Numbered from the stretch's first letter, positions 1 through 14,207 are shown. The stretch: DNA of 64,000 nucleotides from TPA_inf: Saccharomyces (GCA_000146045.2 BK006939.2:512875-576874), one strand, 5' to 3'. Notes: a model not told the origin generated them from the letters alone. Made by a program: numbers and translations.

Positions 1-3000
1 CAACAAATACAGCCGGCCACAGGTCAGCTTCAATGATGAAACACCCAAAAATAAACGTGAAGATGCAGAAGAATTCACATTTAACGATGACACAGAATAT
101 GACAATCATTCCTTTCAGCCAACACCGAAACTTAATAATGGATCTGGGACGTTTGATGATGTGGAATTAGACAATGATAGTGGTGAACCGCACACTAACT
201 ACGATGGTATGAAAAGATTCCGGATGGGTACAAAAAGGAATAAAAAAGGAAACCCAATAATGGGAAGATCTAAGACCTTGAAATGGGCTAGGAAGAACAT
301 TCCAAACCCATTTGAAGACTTTACGAAGGATGATATTGACCCTGGTGCCATAAATCGTGCGCAAGAACTAAGGACTGTGTATTACAATATGCCCTTACCA
401 AAAGATATGATAGATGAAGAAGGCAACCCCATTATGCAGTATCCTCGTAATAAAATCAGAACTACCAAATATACCCCGTTAACATTCTTACCAAAAAACA
501 TTCTATTTCAGTTTCATAATTTCGCCAACGTTTATTTCTTAGTTTTAATAATTTTAGGTGCATTTCAAATTTTTGGTGTCACGAACCCTGGTTTAAGTGC
601 GGTTCCGTTAGTTGTCATTGTTATAATCACTGCGATCAAGGATGCTATTGAAGACTCAAGAAGAACCGTCCTAGATTTAGAGGTGAATAATACCAAGACA
701 CATATTTTAGAAGGTGTTGAGAACGAAAATGTCTCAACCGATAATATTTCATTGTGGAGAAGGTTTAAGAAAGCAAACTCTAGACTCCTTTTCAAGTTTA
801 TACAATATTGTAAAGAACATTTAACTGAAGAGGGCAAAAAGAAGAGAATGCAGAGAAAGCGTCATGAACTAAGAGTACAAAAAACTGTTGGAACGAGTGG
901 ACCCAGATCCTCTCTAGACTCCATTGACAGTTACAGAGTATCTGCAGATTATGGCCGTCCTTCATTGGATTATGATAATTTGGAACAAGGGGCCGGTGAA
1001 GCCAATATAGTTGATAGATCCCTACCACCCAGAACTGATTGTAAATTTGCCAAGAATTATTGGAAAGGTGTCAAGGTTGGTGATATTGTTCGTATCCATA
1101 ACAATGATGAAATCCCTGCTGACATTATCTTACTTTCAACGTCGGATACAGATGGTGCCTGCTACGTAGAAACTAAAAATTTGGATGGTGAAACAAACTT
1201 AAAGGTACGCCAATCCTTGAAGTGTACCAATACTATAAGAACGTCAAAAGATATTGCTAGAACAAAATTCTGGATCGAAAGTGAAGGGCCCCACTCAAAT
1301 TTGTACACTTATCAAGGTAATATGAAATGGAGAAATCTTGCAGATGGCGAGATACGAAATGAGCCAATTACTATTAATAACGTTCTGCTTCGTGGTTGCA
1401 CTCTTAGAAATACTAAGTGGGCAATGGGTGTTGTAATGTTTACCGGTGGTGACACAAAAATCATGTTAAACTCTGGCATTACACCCACCAAGAAGTCCAG
1501 GATTTCAAGAGAACTAAACTTCTCTGTGGTGATAAATTTCGTGCTACTTTTCATCTTATGTTTTGTTTCTGGTATTGCAAATGGTGTATATTACGACAAA
1601 AAAGGCAGATCACGGTTTTCCTATGAATTTGGAACAATTGCTGGGTCAGCGGCGACAAACGGTTTCGTCTCATTTTGGGTTGCTGTTATTCTTTACCAAT
1701 CTTTAGTCCCAATCTCTTTGTACATTTCTGTGGAGATCATCAAAACTGCACAAGCGGCCTTCATTTACGGAGACGTTTTACTCTACAATGCCAAATTGGA
1801 TTATCCTTGTACACCAAAATCCTGGAATATTTCTGACGATTTAGGTCAAGTGGAATATATATTTTCTGATAAAACAGGTACATTAACTCAAAATGTAATG
1901 GAGTTTAAAAAATGTACTATCAATGGTGTTTCATATGGAAGAGCTTACACCGAAGCGTTAGCGGGATTAAGAAAAAGACAAGGTATCGACGTCGAAACCG
2001 AAGGTAGGCGTGAGAAGGCCGAAATTGCCAAGGATAGGGATACAATGATCGATGAACTGAGAGCTTTATCAGGAAATTCACAATTTTATCCCGAAGAAGT
2101 TACCTTTGTATCAAAGGAGTTCGTTCGCGATTTGAAAGGGGCTAGTGGTGAAGTACAACAAAGATGCTGTGAGCACTTTATGTTAGCATTAGCTTTATGT
2201 CACTCCGTCCTTGTAGAAGCAAACCCGGACAATCCAAAAAAACTGGATTTAAAAGCTCAATCTCCAGACGAAGCAGCGTTAGTAGCCACAGCTAGAGATG
2301 TAGGATTCAGTTTTGTTGGAAAAACCAAAAAAGGGTTGATAATTGAAATGCAAGGTATTCAAAAAGAATTTGAGATTCTAAATATTTTGGAGTTTAATTC
2401 ATCGAGAAAAAGAATGTCCTGTATTGTCAAAATTCCGGGTCTGAACCCAGGGGACGAGCCTAGAGCACTTTTAATTTGTAAAGGTGCAGATTCCATTATA
2501 TACTCAAGATTAAGTCGCCAGAGTGGTAGCAATAGTGAAGCTATTTTGGAAAAAACTGCTTTGCATTTAGAGCAGTACGCTACTGAAGGTTTAAGAACGT
2601 TATGCATAGCTCAAAGGGAGTTAAGTTGGTCTGAATACGAAAAATGGAACGAAAAGTACGATATTGCTGCTGCATCATTAGCAAACAGAGAGGATGAATT
2701 AGAAGTTGTTGCAGATTCCATTGAACGCGAATTGATATTATTGGGCGGTACAGCTATCGAAGATCGTTTACAAGATGGTGTTCCGGATTGTATAGAGTTG
2801 CTTGCAGAGGCAGGAATTAAATTATGGGTTCTTACGGGTGATAAAGTTGAAACAGCTATAAACATTGGATTTTCTTGCAACCTTTTGAATAATGAAATGG
2901 AATTGTTAGTTATTAAAACAACTGGTGATGACGTGAAAGAATTCGGATCAGAACCAAGTGAAATTGTGGATGCTTTACTCTCCAAATACTTGAAGGAGTA

Positions 3001-4585
3001 TTTCAACTTAACCGGTTCAGAAGAAGAGATTTTTGAAGCTAAAAAGGATCACGAATTTCCGAAGGGTAATTACGCCATCGTTATCGATGGTGATGCTTTG
3101 AAATTGGCGCTATATGGTGAAGATATAAGAAGAAAGTTTCTTTTACTCTGCAAGAATTGTAGAGCTGTCTTATGCTGTAGAGTATCTCCATCTCAAAAAG
3201 CAGCCGTTGTTAAGTTAGTCAAGGATTCTCTAGATGTCATGACACTAGCCATCGGCGATGGTTCCAACGACGTCGCCATGATTCAATCTGCGGATGTTGG
3301 TATTGGTATTGCCGGTGAAGAAGGTCGACAAGCTGTTATGTGCTCAGACTACGCCATTGGACAATTCAGATATTTGGCTAGATTGGTCCTCGTTCACGGT
3401 AGGTGGTCTTATAAGAGACTGGCAGAAATGATTCCTGAGTTTTTTTACAAAAACATGATTTTTGCTTTGGCATTGTTCTGGTATGGTATCTATAATGATT
3501 TTGATGGGTCTTACCTGTATGAATACACATACATGATGTTCTATAATTTGGCATTTACATCCCTACCAGTCATCTTCTTAGGTATTCTGGACCAGGACGT
3601 GAATGACACAATATCATTAGTGGTCCCTCAGTTATACCGTGTTGGAATTTTAAGGAAAGAATGGAACCAAAGAAAGTTCTTATGGTATATGTTGGACGGA
3701 TTATATCAGTCTATTATCTGTTTTTTTTTCCCTTACTTGGTTTATCACAAAAATATGATAGTTACGAGCAATGGGTTAGGATTGGATCATCGTTATTTTG
3801 TCGGTGTTTATGTGACCACTATTGCTGTAATTTCGTGTAACACATATGTTTTATTACACCAATATAGATGGGATTGGTTTAGTGGATTATTCATTGCACT
3901 GTCTTGCCTCGTAGTTTTTGCATGGACGGGAATATGGTCTTCTGCGATAGCTAGTAGAGAATTTTTCAAAGCTGCAGCGCGTATCTATGGAGCACCTTCA
4001 TTTTGGGCTGTTTTCTTTGTTGCCGTGCTGTTCTGCTTACTGCCCCGTTTCACATATGACAGTTTTCAAAAATTTTTCTACCCAACTGATGTGGAAATAG
4101 TAAGAGAGATGTGGCAACATGGCCATTTCGATCATTATCCTCCTGGTTACGATCCAACAGATCCCAACAGACCCAAGGTCACAAAAGCTGGGCAACACGG
4201 AGAGAAGATTATAGAAGGCATAGCACTTTCCGACAACTTAGGAGGATCGAACTATTCAAGGGATAGTGTTGTCACAGAGGAGATTCCAATGACTTTCATG
4301 CACGGTGAAGATGGAAGTCCTAGCGGATATCAGAAGCAAGAAACCTGGATGACTTCACCCAAGGAAACACAAGATCTTCTTCAATCGCCCCAATTTCAGC
4401 AGGCCCAAACGTTCGGAAGAGGCCCATCAACCAACGTCAGGTCATCCTTGGACCGCACAAGAGAACAGATGATCGCCACTAACCAACTAGATAACCGCTA
4501 CTCTGTGGAAAGAGCGAGAACATCTCTAGATCTACCAGGCGTAACTAACGCAGCCTCCTTAATCGGAACACAACAGAACAATTAA
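1..4585 (+). CDS. DNF1: P4-type ATPase aminophospholipid flippase, 5'-truncated (about 44 codons lie upstream of the window; frame opens at base 2)
   Basis: Open frame from window start with no stop; P-type ATPase motifs DKTGTLT and GDGSNDV; 1474 aa from the first alternative start plus 53 upstream codons; matches YER166W by length and gene order. Confidence 0.93.
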   Translation, partial: NKYSRPQVSFNDETPKNKREDAEEFTFNDDTEYDNHSFQPTPKLNNGSGTFDDVELDNDSGEPHTNYDGMKRFRMGTKRNKKGNPIMGRSKTLKWARKNIPNPFEDFTKDDIDPGAINRAQELRTVYYNMPLPKDMIDEEGNPIMQYPRNKIRTTKYTPLTFLPKNILFQFHNFANVYFLVLIILGAFQIFGVTNPGLSAVPLVVIVIITAIKDAIEDSRRTVLDLEVNNTKTHILEGVENENVSTDNISLWRRFKKANSRLLFKFIQYCKEHLTEEGKKKRMQRKRHELRVQKTVGTSGPRSSLDSIDSYRVSADYGRPSLDYDNLEQGAGEANIVDRSLPPRTDCKFAKNYWKGVKVGDIVRIHNNDEIPADIILLSTSDTDGACYVETKNLDGETNLKVRQSLKCTNTIRTSKDIARTKFWIESEGPHSNLYTYQGNMKWRNLADGEIRNEPITINNVLLRGCTLRNTKWAMGVVMFTGGDTKIMLNSGITPTKKSRISRELNFSVVINFVLLFILCFVSGIANGVYYDKKGRSRFSYEFGTIAGSAATNGFVSFWVAVILYQSLVPISLYISVEIIKTAQAAFIYGDVLLYNAKLDYPCTPKSWNISDDLGQVEYIFSDKTGTLTQNVMEFKKCTINGVSYGRAYTEALAGLRKRQGIDVETEGRREKAEIAKDRDTMIDELRALSGNSQFYPEEVTFVSKEFVRDLKGASGEVQQRCCEHFMLALALCHSVLVEANPDNPKKLDLKAQSPDEAALVATARDVGFSFVGKTKKGLIIEMQGIQKEFEILNILEFNSSRKRMSCIVKIPGLNPGDEPRALLICKGADSIIYSRLSRQSGSNSEAILEKTALHLEQYATEGLRTLCIAQRELSWSEYEKWNEKYDIAAASLANREDELEVVADSIERELILLGGTAIEDRLQDGVPDCIELLAEAGIKLWVLTGDKVETAINIGFSCNLLNNEMELLVIKTTGDDVKEFGSEPSEIVDALLSKYLKEYFNLTGSEEEIFEAKKDHEFPKGNYAIVIDGDALKLALYGEDIRRKFLLLCKNCRAVLCCRVSPSQKAAVVKLVKDSLDVMTLAIGDGSNDVAMIQSADVGIGIAGEEGRQAVMCSDYAIGQFRYLARLVLVHGRWSYKRLAEMIPEFFYKNMIFALALFWYGIYNDFDGSYLYEYTYMMFYNLAFTSLPVIFLGILDQDVNDTISLVVPQLYRVGILRKEWNQRKFLWYMLDGLYQSIICFFFPYLVYHKNMIVTSNGLGLDHRYFVGVYVTTIAVISCNTYVLLHQYRWDWFSGLFIALSCLVVFAWTGIWSSAIASREFFKAAARIYGAPSFWAVFFVAVLFCLLPRFTYDSFQKFFYPTDVEIVREMWQHGHFDHYPPGYDPTDPNRPKVTKAGQHGEKIIEGIALSDNLGGSNYSRDSVVTEEIPMTFMHGEDGSPSGYQKQETWMTSPKETQDLLQSPQFQQAQTFGRGPSTNVRSSLDRTREQMIATNQLDNRYSVERARTSLDLPGVTNAASLIGTQQNN

Positions 4586-4660
4586 TAATGATATCCGAAC
4601 CATAGCTGATGGAACTCCGCTTTTCACTGTATATATAATATTACATAATATTACTGGATA

Positions 4661-4697
4661 AGCCTTAGAAGCCTTAGAAGCCTTAGAAGCCTTGGAA
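4661..4697. repeat. 9-bp tandem repeat (aagccttag) x4 in DNF1 3' flank
   Basis: Direct read: aagccttag aagccttag aagccttag aagccttgg. Confidence 0.9.
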
Positions 4698-5341
4698 TTC
4701 ATGCATACTACAGCGTTAACTCTTTCTTTTAGCAAGTTTTAGTAGCGGACGTGTGGGTTTCTTTGTTCTATAATTAACACTCCCGGTTAACCCGGATCGC
4801 TATTATTCAAGGACGCACAATGGTGGGCTAATTTTTTCTTCCGATGGAAAACTGACGCCAGCACTTTCCAGCGCTGGGAACTCTCCACTAACTGGCAAAA
4901 AAATTGATTAAGGTCATGATCAAAGGAATTTTTGAAATGTTGTAAAGTAGAGTTAAGAATTAATCAAGCCGTGATACGTATGTTTTTGACTAGGTGAGAG
5001 ACTATATTTATCAAAAATAGTTTTTTATACTAACAGAAAGTTTATTATATCATAGAAATCCTAGGCCTATTGTTATTATTTGCGTGAAAAAAGGTTCATG
5101 CCTAGTTATTCAGGATATTAATCAGGCATAGTCATAGTTTTGTAATACACGTCTTTCACTCCTATTTCCGGTTAACATTCGCTAATATCCATCAAATTAT
5201 TGACTTTTTTTTCAGTGGATTTGTTGTTAATAAAGGAAACAATCAGATCAGCCATTTAGGGAAGTCTTTTAAGAAAGCTCAGAAGGAGATCTAAGACAAG
5301 AAGCAAGGCAGTCTTGATTTATCGCTCAAAACCAATAGCAC

Positions 5342-7897
5342 ATGCCGAAGAATAGTCACCACCATCGTTCCAGTTCGGTTAATTCCACAAAGAGTCGTTC
5401 TACGGAATCTACGAATAAATGGAAAATTCCGCACTATTATCGCAGATCCGCTAGCGGCAGCACACAAGCTTCGCCGGACAGGAACTCCTCAACAGGCTCA
5501 TGTAGCACTCCAGTATTACCTACTATGAATGTTATGTCTAGCCCGAAAAAAGTTTTGCTAGAGGATCCCAGAGACAACCATACTAAGGCGAAGAAGAGTA
5601 GTAGAAAGAAATCAGGTGAAATGGTCTTCGTCAATTATACTGTACAGGACACGGCTAACGAAAATGATACTGACTTGCAAACCCAGCCGGTTTCTGTGCC
5701 AGCACCAAAGGCGAAATTAAAGAAGAAATCCTCCAAAAGGAGAATGCTGAAGATATTTGGATCGTCAAAGAACGAACACATAGAGGACATCGTTGAAGAG
5801 CAACCAATGGTGCTTCAAATGGATTCAGAATCTAAACCCCTTTCGGGAACCCCTATCTCAGAAAGCGGAATCGACGCCTCGTCACTAACAACCAAAAGAT
5901 CTTATAACTCGTTCTTAAAACACAATAGGCTAAACGGTAAAACTCCGTTCTCTGGAAACTTGTCCTTTCCATCATTAAACATGATGGGTAACACTACTGA
6001 TCTGCCTATTGACAATAACGATTTTTGTTCCGAGAAAGAAGTCGTTCCGAAATCAACTCATGATCCTTCACTAGCAAAACCGCCATCAAGGTTCACTGAA
6101 AGCGAAACAAATTCTACTCCCAACTTATCAAGTATACCTCTCATGAACACAAAAAATACAAGATTGAAGTACAATAAAGTGGCGCCTCAGAGTTCAGACC
6201 GACAAAAGTCACAGGAAAGTGGGCTATATCATTCTACCGAATCATTCAACTTCAAAGATCAAAACTACAGTAACAATAAATCCTCTTTAAGTCTGAACTC
6301 CGATTTAAGTACACCCCACTTTGCAAAGCATTCACCTGATTCACCAAGAACTTCAAGATCTTTCAACTGCGGAGACTCACAAAGTAAAGTTAAATTACCG
6401 GAAGAAAATGACGCTTCTATTGCATTTAGTAAGATGTTTACTAGAAAACGAGCCAACACTGGCGGGTCCACGTGTTCGCTAGCCTCACCCACTATTGCAC
6501 AAACTATTCAGCAATCAAATATAAAAGTTAATAAATTGCCAACTCAGCGAACCACTTCAGTTGGCTCATTATCATCCATGTCAAATCGTTATTCACCAAT
6601 AAGAGTTGCATCGCCAGGAAGAGCAAGATCCGCAACTCGTGGGTCTTCCCTTTATAGATTATCCAGAGACCTTAATTCTTTACCAAGCGTCACTGATCTA
6701 CCAGAAATGGATAGTACAACCCCAGTTAACGAAATATTCTTGGATGGCCAACCACAGCATAAAAGTGGCAGTGTCAAAGGAGGGCATAGGAAGAAACAAG
6801 AATCTATCTCTGATGCTCAAAGAATTCAACATTCTAATTCGTACATTACAACACCTTCATCTTCTCTGGTGACTCCTCCTTACTACATGACAGGTTACAC
6901 ATTACCAAGTTCTGCATCTGCTTCTTCAACTCCAAATGTGCTTGAAACACACAATATGAACTTTGTTCCAAGTACCAGTACTGTTACAAGTTATCGCCCA
7001 TCTAGCAATTTTTCCTCATTTGACAAAGAATACAGTAACGAAAACGACGCTAGTGGGGAATTCTCTGCTTTCAATACTCCAATGGAGAATATACCGGCAC
7101 TAAAAGGTATACCTAGATCCACGTTAGAAGAAAATGAAGAAGAGGATGTCCTAGTACAAGATATTCCGAATACGGCACACTTCCAAAGAAGGGATATTAT
7201 GGGGATGGATACTCACAGAAAGGATGACAGTTTAGATTTTAACTCTTTGATGCCACACGGTAGTACAACTAGTAGCAGCATCGTAGATTCTGTTATGACG
7301 AACTCAATATCCACTACAACAAGCAACGCGACCGGAAACTACTTTCAAGATCAAGATAAGTATACATTGGTAAATACGGGATTGGGATTGAGTGATGCAA
7401 ACCTCGATCATTTTATTAGATCTCAATGGAAACACGCTTCTCGATCAGAATCCAATAATAATACCGGAAATCGCGTTTCTTACAGTGGCTCAACACCAAA
7501 CAATGTTGATACAACAAAGACTAATTTGCAAGTGTATACCGAGTTCGATTTTGAAAACCCAGAGTCGTTTTTCCATGAGCAATCGAAGCTACTAGGTGAG
7601 ATGGGCCACAGCAATAACAACAGCAACAGCGCCATCAACATGAATGAACCCAAGTCTGCGGATACATACATTGGAAATATATCTCCGGATACTTCAGCAA
7701 CTGTTTCATTAGGCGACCTGATGGGCTCAAACGTTTCAAACAACAGTGAAAGAAATTTTTACGATGGTCATACTTTCGTTCCACAGTATCAGGCGAACTC
7801 ATCTGTGGAAAACTCAAATAATCAAAATGCAGCACCAATTGCAAATAACGACATTGATAATAATTTACAGTCTTTTTATTTTGATAATAGCAACTAA
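5342..7897 (+). CDS. BCK2: Ser/Thr/Asn-rich G1/S regulator, 851 aa
   Basis: ATG at 5342; 851-aa low-complexity S/T-rich protein; position after DNF1 matches YER167W. Confidence 0.9.
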   Translation: MPKNSHHHRSSSVNSTKSRSTESTNKWKIPHYYRRSASGSTQASPDRNSSTGSCSTPVLPTMNVMSSPKKVLLEDPRDNHTKAKKSSRKKSGEMVFVNYTVQDTANENDTDLQTQPVSVPAPKAKLKKKSSKRRMLKIFGSSKNEHIEDIVEEQPMVLQMDSESKPLSGTPISESGIDASSLTTKRSYNSFLKHNRLNGKTPFSGNLSFPSLNMMGNTTDLPIDNNDFCSEKEVVPKSTHDPSLAKPPSRFTESETNSTPNLSSIPLMNTKNTRLKYNKVAPQSSDRQKSQESGLYHSTESFNFKDQNYSNNKSSLSLNSDLSTPHFAKHSPDSPRTSRSFNCGDSQSKVKLPEENDASIAFSKMFTRKRANTGGSTCSLASPTIAQTIQQSNIKVNKLPTQRTTSVGSLSSMSNRYSPIRVASPGRARSATRGSSLYRLSRDLNSLPSVTDLPEMDSTTPVNEIFLDGQPQHKSGSVKGGHRKKQESISDAQRIQHSNSYITTPSSSLVTPPYYMTGYTLPSSASASSTPNVLETHNMNFVPSTSTVTSYRPSSNFSSFDKEYSNENDASGEFSAFNTPMENIPALKGIPRSTLEENEEEDVLVQDIPNTAHFQRRDIMGMDTHRKDDSLDFNSLMPHGSTTSSSIVDSVMTNSISTTTSNATGNYFQDQDKYTLVNTGLGLSDANLDHFIRSQWKHASRSESNNNTGNRVSYSGSTPNNVDTTKTNLQVYTEFDFENPESFFHEQSKLLGEMGHSNNNSNSAINMNEPKSADTYIGNISPDTSATVSLGDLMGSNVSNNSERNFYDGHTFVPQYQANSSVENSNNQNAAPIANNDIDNNLQSFYFDNSN

Positions 7898-8154
7898 AAA
7901 AGGAATGAAAAAAAAAAAAAAAAGTTCAAAAATAGTAACAGATATCTTTCGAAAAAGTTAAAAACTGGTAAAAAATTTTGAATAGAGTATATAAAAACTA
8001 ATAAATATGTTTAGTTATCATACACCATAGAATAACTACTAGAGATATTATTTCATTTTCGTTTTCATTTTTTTTATTTTTTTCTTTTCAATAAGGTAAC
8101 AGAAAGTTATTTATGCATTCTTGTTCTACATGTCTTATGTATACTAATAAGCTA

Positions 8155-9795
8155 CTACAGGTATTTTGGTAGTATGGCTTTTAAATGAGTTATTAATTCT
8201 TGATCAGTCCCTGTAGGATTATCAAACTGCCACCTAATCGCTTCGTTATTAATTTTACCCAGCCATGGACCTGGCTTCATTTGAAGTAGTTTTGCCATTT
8301 GTTTTCCGTCCACTATTGGTTTTAGTTCATGACAATTATTCAAATTATTGTCAAATATGTAAGAATAAAATTCATTGTAATTTTGGAAAAGTAATTCAAT
8401 TTTTTTAGTTTCAAGCTTGGGAATCTTTAAAAATGCATCTGATAGAGATGCAAAATGTGCTGTTTCCCATTCGCCATTAAAGTTCCGTAGAAATATACCG
8501 ATTTCGGATTTTTTTAGCTGGGAACGATCTGCAAACTTAGCAAGTATTTCCTCATATGAACATATTGAATCTACGGTCTTGGCAATAACTGCTGCATCAT
8601 TTTTACTCAGCTTCAATCCTTCCTTCACAATGCTTTCTGTCACCGAAACCAGGTTGTTAATTTTCTTCTTTGGGTTCCCGATTATTTGTAAATTAGCCAT
8701 GGGGGACAGGATCGCACTCAATATAAAATTTTGCTGAAATCCTGGCGAACGACCAATTTTTTCCCTTAAGATAGGAAGCTTCTCTAAAAACATTGGATAT
8801 AATTCAATAAAACTTTTCAAGTGTGAGTTTAGTATGTTATCATTGTATACATGATTAATTTTGTCCATATCTTGACAATTCTCTTCGTTGAATTTTACGA
8901 CGGAGCTATCATTATGCCAAAAAAAGATAACATTTTCAAGATGAGCCCTTTGAATCAGCTGCAAAGCCAATAAAGGGGTTGGTCCTACTAATATTTTCTC
9001 CATCTCCACACCAACTCGCTCTCTAGAAATTTTTGAATTGAATGCAACATTAATCTGAGGATCGCCCATTTCAGCCATCACTTCCGGATCTATGGTAAAG
9101 TTGAATCTAGAAGCAAAACGGATCAACCTCAAAACCCTCAAGGGATCATCCAAAAATGTTTGTTTTGCAGGAAGCGGAGTACGGAGAACGCCATCTTTTA
9201 GATCTTGCAGACCTCTCTTGGTGAAATCTTCCACTTCACCTTTATGAATGTTATAGAAAAGAGCGTTCAATGTAGCATCCCTTCTTAAAGCGTCTTCCTC
9301 GGGTGTGCCAAAGCACACTTTAGGTATCCTGGAAAGTTCAGTATACTTTTCAGATCTTAAATTGACAAAATCCACTTCAACGCCAAAGAGCTTAGTAGTG
9401 GCAGTTTCCAGATGCTTGGATTTCTCGGGATTCTTGTCAATCTTGTGGATATTATGAGGCTTGGCTCCATATTTGGCGTAATGTTGTTGCAAATACTCGT
9501 TCAAACCAGTAGCAAATTGCTCACCTGACATCACATTGATGGCAATATCCAAGTCGTGAGAACCTTGTCCCAGAAGCTTGTCACGCACCCATCCGCCCGT
9601 GATCCGAAGAGTCAATGGCTCAGGCTTATTGTGGTACTTTTGATTGTACAAGTCTGTATAATCGTTCAGCAAGTTACAGATGTTCTGTTCCACTTTGGTT
9701 AAGGTGATTTTGGGTGCATTTAGAACAAAATTAGAATTCGTCATCGTTTTCTGAGCAGCACTATTCATCAGTAGAGATATAGTAGACCGTAGCAT
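8155..9795 (-). CDS. CCA1: tRNA CCA-adding nucleotidyltransferase, 546 aa; three in-frame ATGs at codons 1, 10 and 18
   Basis: Class II nucleotidyltransferase motif GGWVRDKLLGQGSHDLDIAIN; N-terminus MLRSTISLLMNSAAQKTM with M1/M10/M18; the track start at 9801 is a TTG. Confidence 0.92.
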   Translation of the reverse strand: MLRSTISLLMNSAAQKTMTNSNFVLNAPKITLTKVEQNICNLLNDYTDLYNQKYHNKPEPLTLRITGGWVRDKLLGQGSHDLDIAINVMSGEQFATGLNEYLQQHYAKYGAKPHNIHKIDKNPEKSKHLETATTKLFGVEVDFVNLRSEKYTELSRIPKVCFGTPEEDALRRDATLNALFYNIHKGEVEDFTKRGLQDLKDGVLRTPLPAKQTFLDDPLRVLRLIRFASRFNFTIDPEVMAEMGDPQINVAFNSKISRERVGVEMEKILVGPTPLLALQLIQRAHLENVIFFWHNDSSVVKFNEENCQDMDKINHVYNDNILNSHLKSFIELYPMFLEKLPILREKIGRSPGFQQNFILSAILSPMANLQIIGNPKKKINNLVSVTESIVKEGLKLSKNDAAVIAKTVDSICSYEEILAKFADRSQLKKSEIGIFLRNFNGEWETAHFASLSDAFLKIPKLETKKIELLFQNYNEFYSYIFDNNLNNCHELKPIVDGKQMAKLLQMKPGPWLGKINNEAIRWQFDNPTGTDQELITHLKAILPKYL

Positions 9796-10458
9796 ACACA
9801 AAAAAAGCCCTTATAACCCACGGATACGAATTAATCTCGAGGGAAGCGTTGCGATGTATTATGTAGTTTCCTTTAGTACATTGTTAATATGGTAGATTTT
9901 TGCGATTCATTTTTCAACTTTTCAACCCTAACGAATGTTTTTTAGGGCTGAGTAACGACAAGAACACAACCCTAAAAATCAGATGACCTAAGGGTTTGGT
10001 GAATCGAGAAAGTATGCCCTATTTCCCCCGCCCATACACCCCATAAGCCTTAACCGCAGCCCTCCTCTCCCCTAAACGTTTCTTTTTCTTTTTCCATTTT
10101 TTTTTTTTTTTTAGTTTTACTTTCTTTTTATTCGGAAAAATCTTTTCTATATTTTTCAAGGGTAACCTCATCGCCATGCAATTAATCACATAGACTCCTT
10201 AAGTAACAATGGCAAGGCGATAATTTTAAGAGAATTGCAGACGCTGTACATAGATCGTTATCAGCAAAACATATATTCGCATCGAAGGCGTTGCTTGTCC
10301 CTGAAGTAGCTACTTGCGGTTTTCATCAAGCGGCCAATTTAATCATTCTATCAGCATTATTTTAAAATAGGGGGACTTAACCTTTCTATTAGTACCACTT
10401 ATTTTATAGATCTGCTGGAGAAAAATAAACAGATAAAAAAAAGGGAAAAAAAGAATAA

Positions 10459-12885
<2,427 letters not shown>

Positions 12886-13099
12886 CTCACGATTGCCAGT
12901 TGTTTACCGAGATCTCTCATTTTGAAGGCTCTTAAAATGTGCTCGGTCGGCCGGGAATTCGCGAAAACCCACATTCACTAATAAATACCATTACAATAAC
13001 CATCATTATATAGATACACATGTGTAGAAAAGGATAATATACGTATATATATTTGTTTGTAAATCTTTAAATTTTCAGGAACAGGGTTAGCAAGCATCA

Positions 13100-13777
13100 A
13101 TGAAAGCAGACGCGAAACAAATAACACATCTACTCAAACCTCTTCGACTTTTATTATTGGGGGCTCCAGGGTCAGGTAAAGGGACACAGACTTCGAGATT
13201 ACTAAAGCAAATTCCACAATTATCTTCAATTTCGTCAGGCGACATTTTACGTCAGGAAATAAAATCTGAATCTACCCTAGGCCGAGAGGCTACTACCTAC
13301 ATTGCTCAAGGCAAGTTATTACCGGATGATCTCATAACGCGTCTGATAACTTTTCGTCTTTCGGCATTGGGTTGGTTAAAACCATCTGCCATGTGGTTGC
13401 TCGATGGATTTCCTCGAACTACTGCGCAAGCTTCTGCCTTAGACGAGCTGCTGAAACAGCATGACGCCAGCTTGAATCTAGTGGTAGAGCTAGATGTACC
13501 CGAATCCACCATATTAGAAAGGATCGAGAACAGATATGTTCACGTTCCTAGTGGGAGAGTGTATAACTTACAATATAATCCTCCCAAAGTGCCAGGATTA
13601 GACGATATCACCGGAGAACCATTGACCAAGAGGCTTGATGACACAGCGGAAGTGTTTAAAAAAAGGCTAGAAGAGTACAAGAAAACAAATGAGCCTTTAA
13701 AAGATTATTACAAAAAAAGTGGGATTTTTGGTACCGTCTCTGGGGAAACATCAGATATTATCTTCCGAAATTATTGA
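13100..13777 (+). CDS. ADK2: mitochondrial adenylate kinase (GTP:AMP phosphotransferase), 225 aa
   Basis: P-loop GAPGSGKGTQ; 225 aa; gene order. Confidence 0.92.
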   Translation: MKADAKQITHLLKPLRLLLLGAPGSGKGTQTSRLLKQIPQLSSISSGDILRQEIKSESTLGREATTYIAQGKLLPDDLITRLITFRLSALGWLKPSAMWLLDGFPRTTAQASALDELLKQHDASLNLVVELDVPESTILERIENRYVHVPSGRVYNLQYNPPKVPGLDDITGEPLTKRLDDTAEVFKKRLEEYKKTNEPLKDYYKKSGIFGTVSGETSDIIFRNY

Positions 13778-14207
13778 ACCTTATAACCAGCAAATTCGGC
13801 TAATAGGGTGATTTAACGCTACACTAACTGCAAGTATATGTTAACCTTCCCCGAGACTTTGAAAAACCGTGACTCTAGTTGGAAGTCAGCATCTCGTCAA
13901 CCAAATGATTACAGTTCACTTTGAATATTCTGAATAGCCTTTATGATATGAGTTAATCCTATATTAATCATGGCCGACGGCATTTAAGCGATGTATATGA
14001 AATTTATGAAAAATTAAAGTAGCGTACTTTATGCTACATAGCTTTTGAAAAGAAATCTCTGGTCTGTAAATAATAAATAAATATATATATATGTATATCT
14101 TAAAGTTGACAAAGTACTGTTAGCCATTCATAGAAATACTATATTTCATCTTGGGTTGAAGGTGATAATCGGCCCGATTTGACTACACTTTAAGAAGATT
14201 GGAAACA

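Noticed and set aside
7908-7923. A16 tract after the BCK2 stop codon
   Set aside because: It is an ordinary poly(dA:dT) tract in a convergent 3' intergenic region, and I attach no specific function to it.
10020-10040. Rap1-like motif cccatacaccc in the CCA1/RPH1 divergent promoter
   Set aside because: It has two mismatches to the ACACCCATACATT consensus and is not convincing without binding data.
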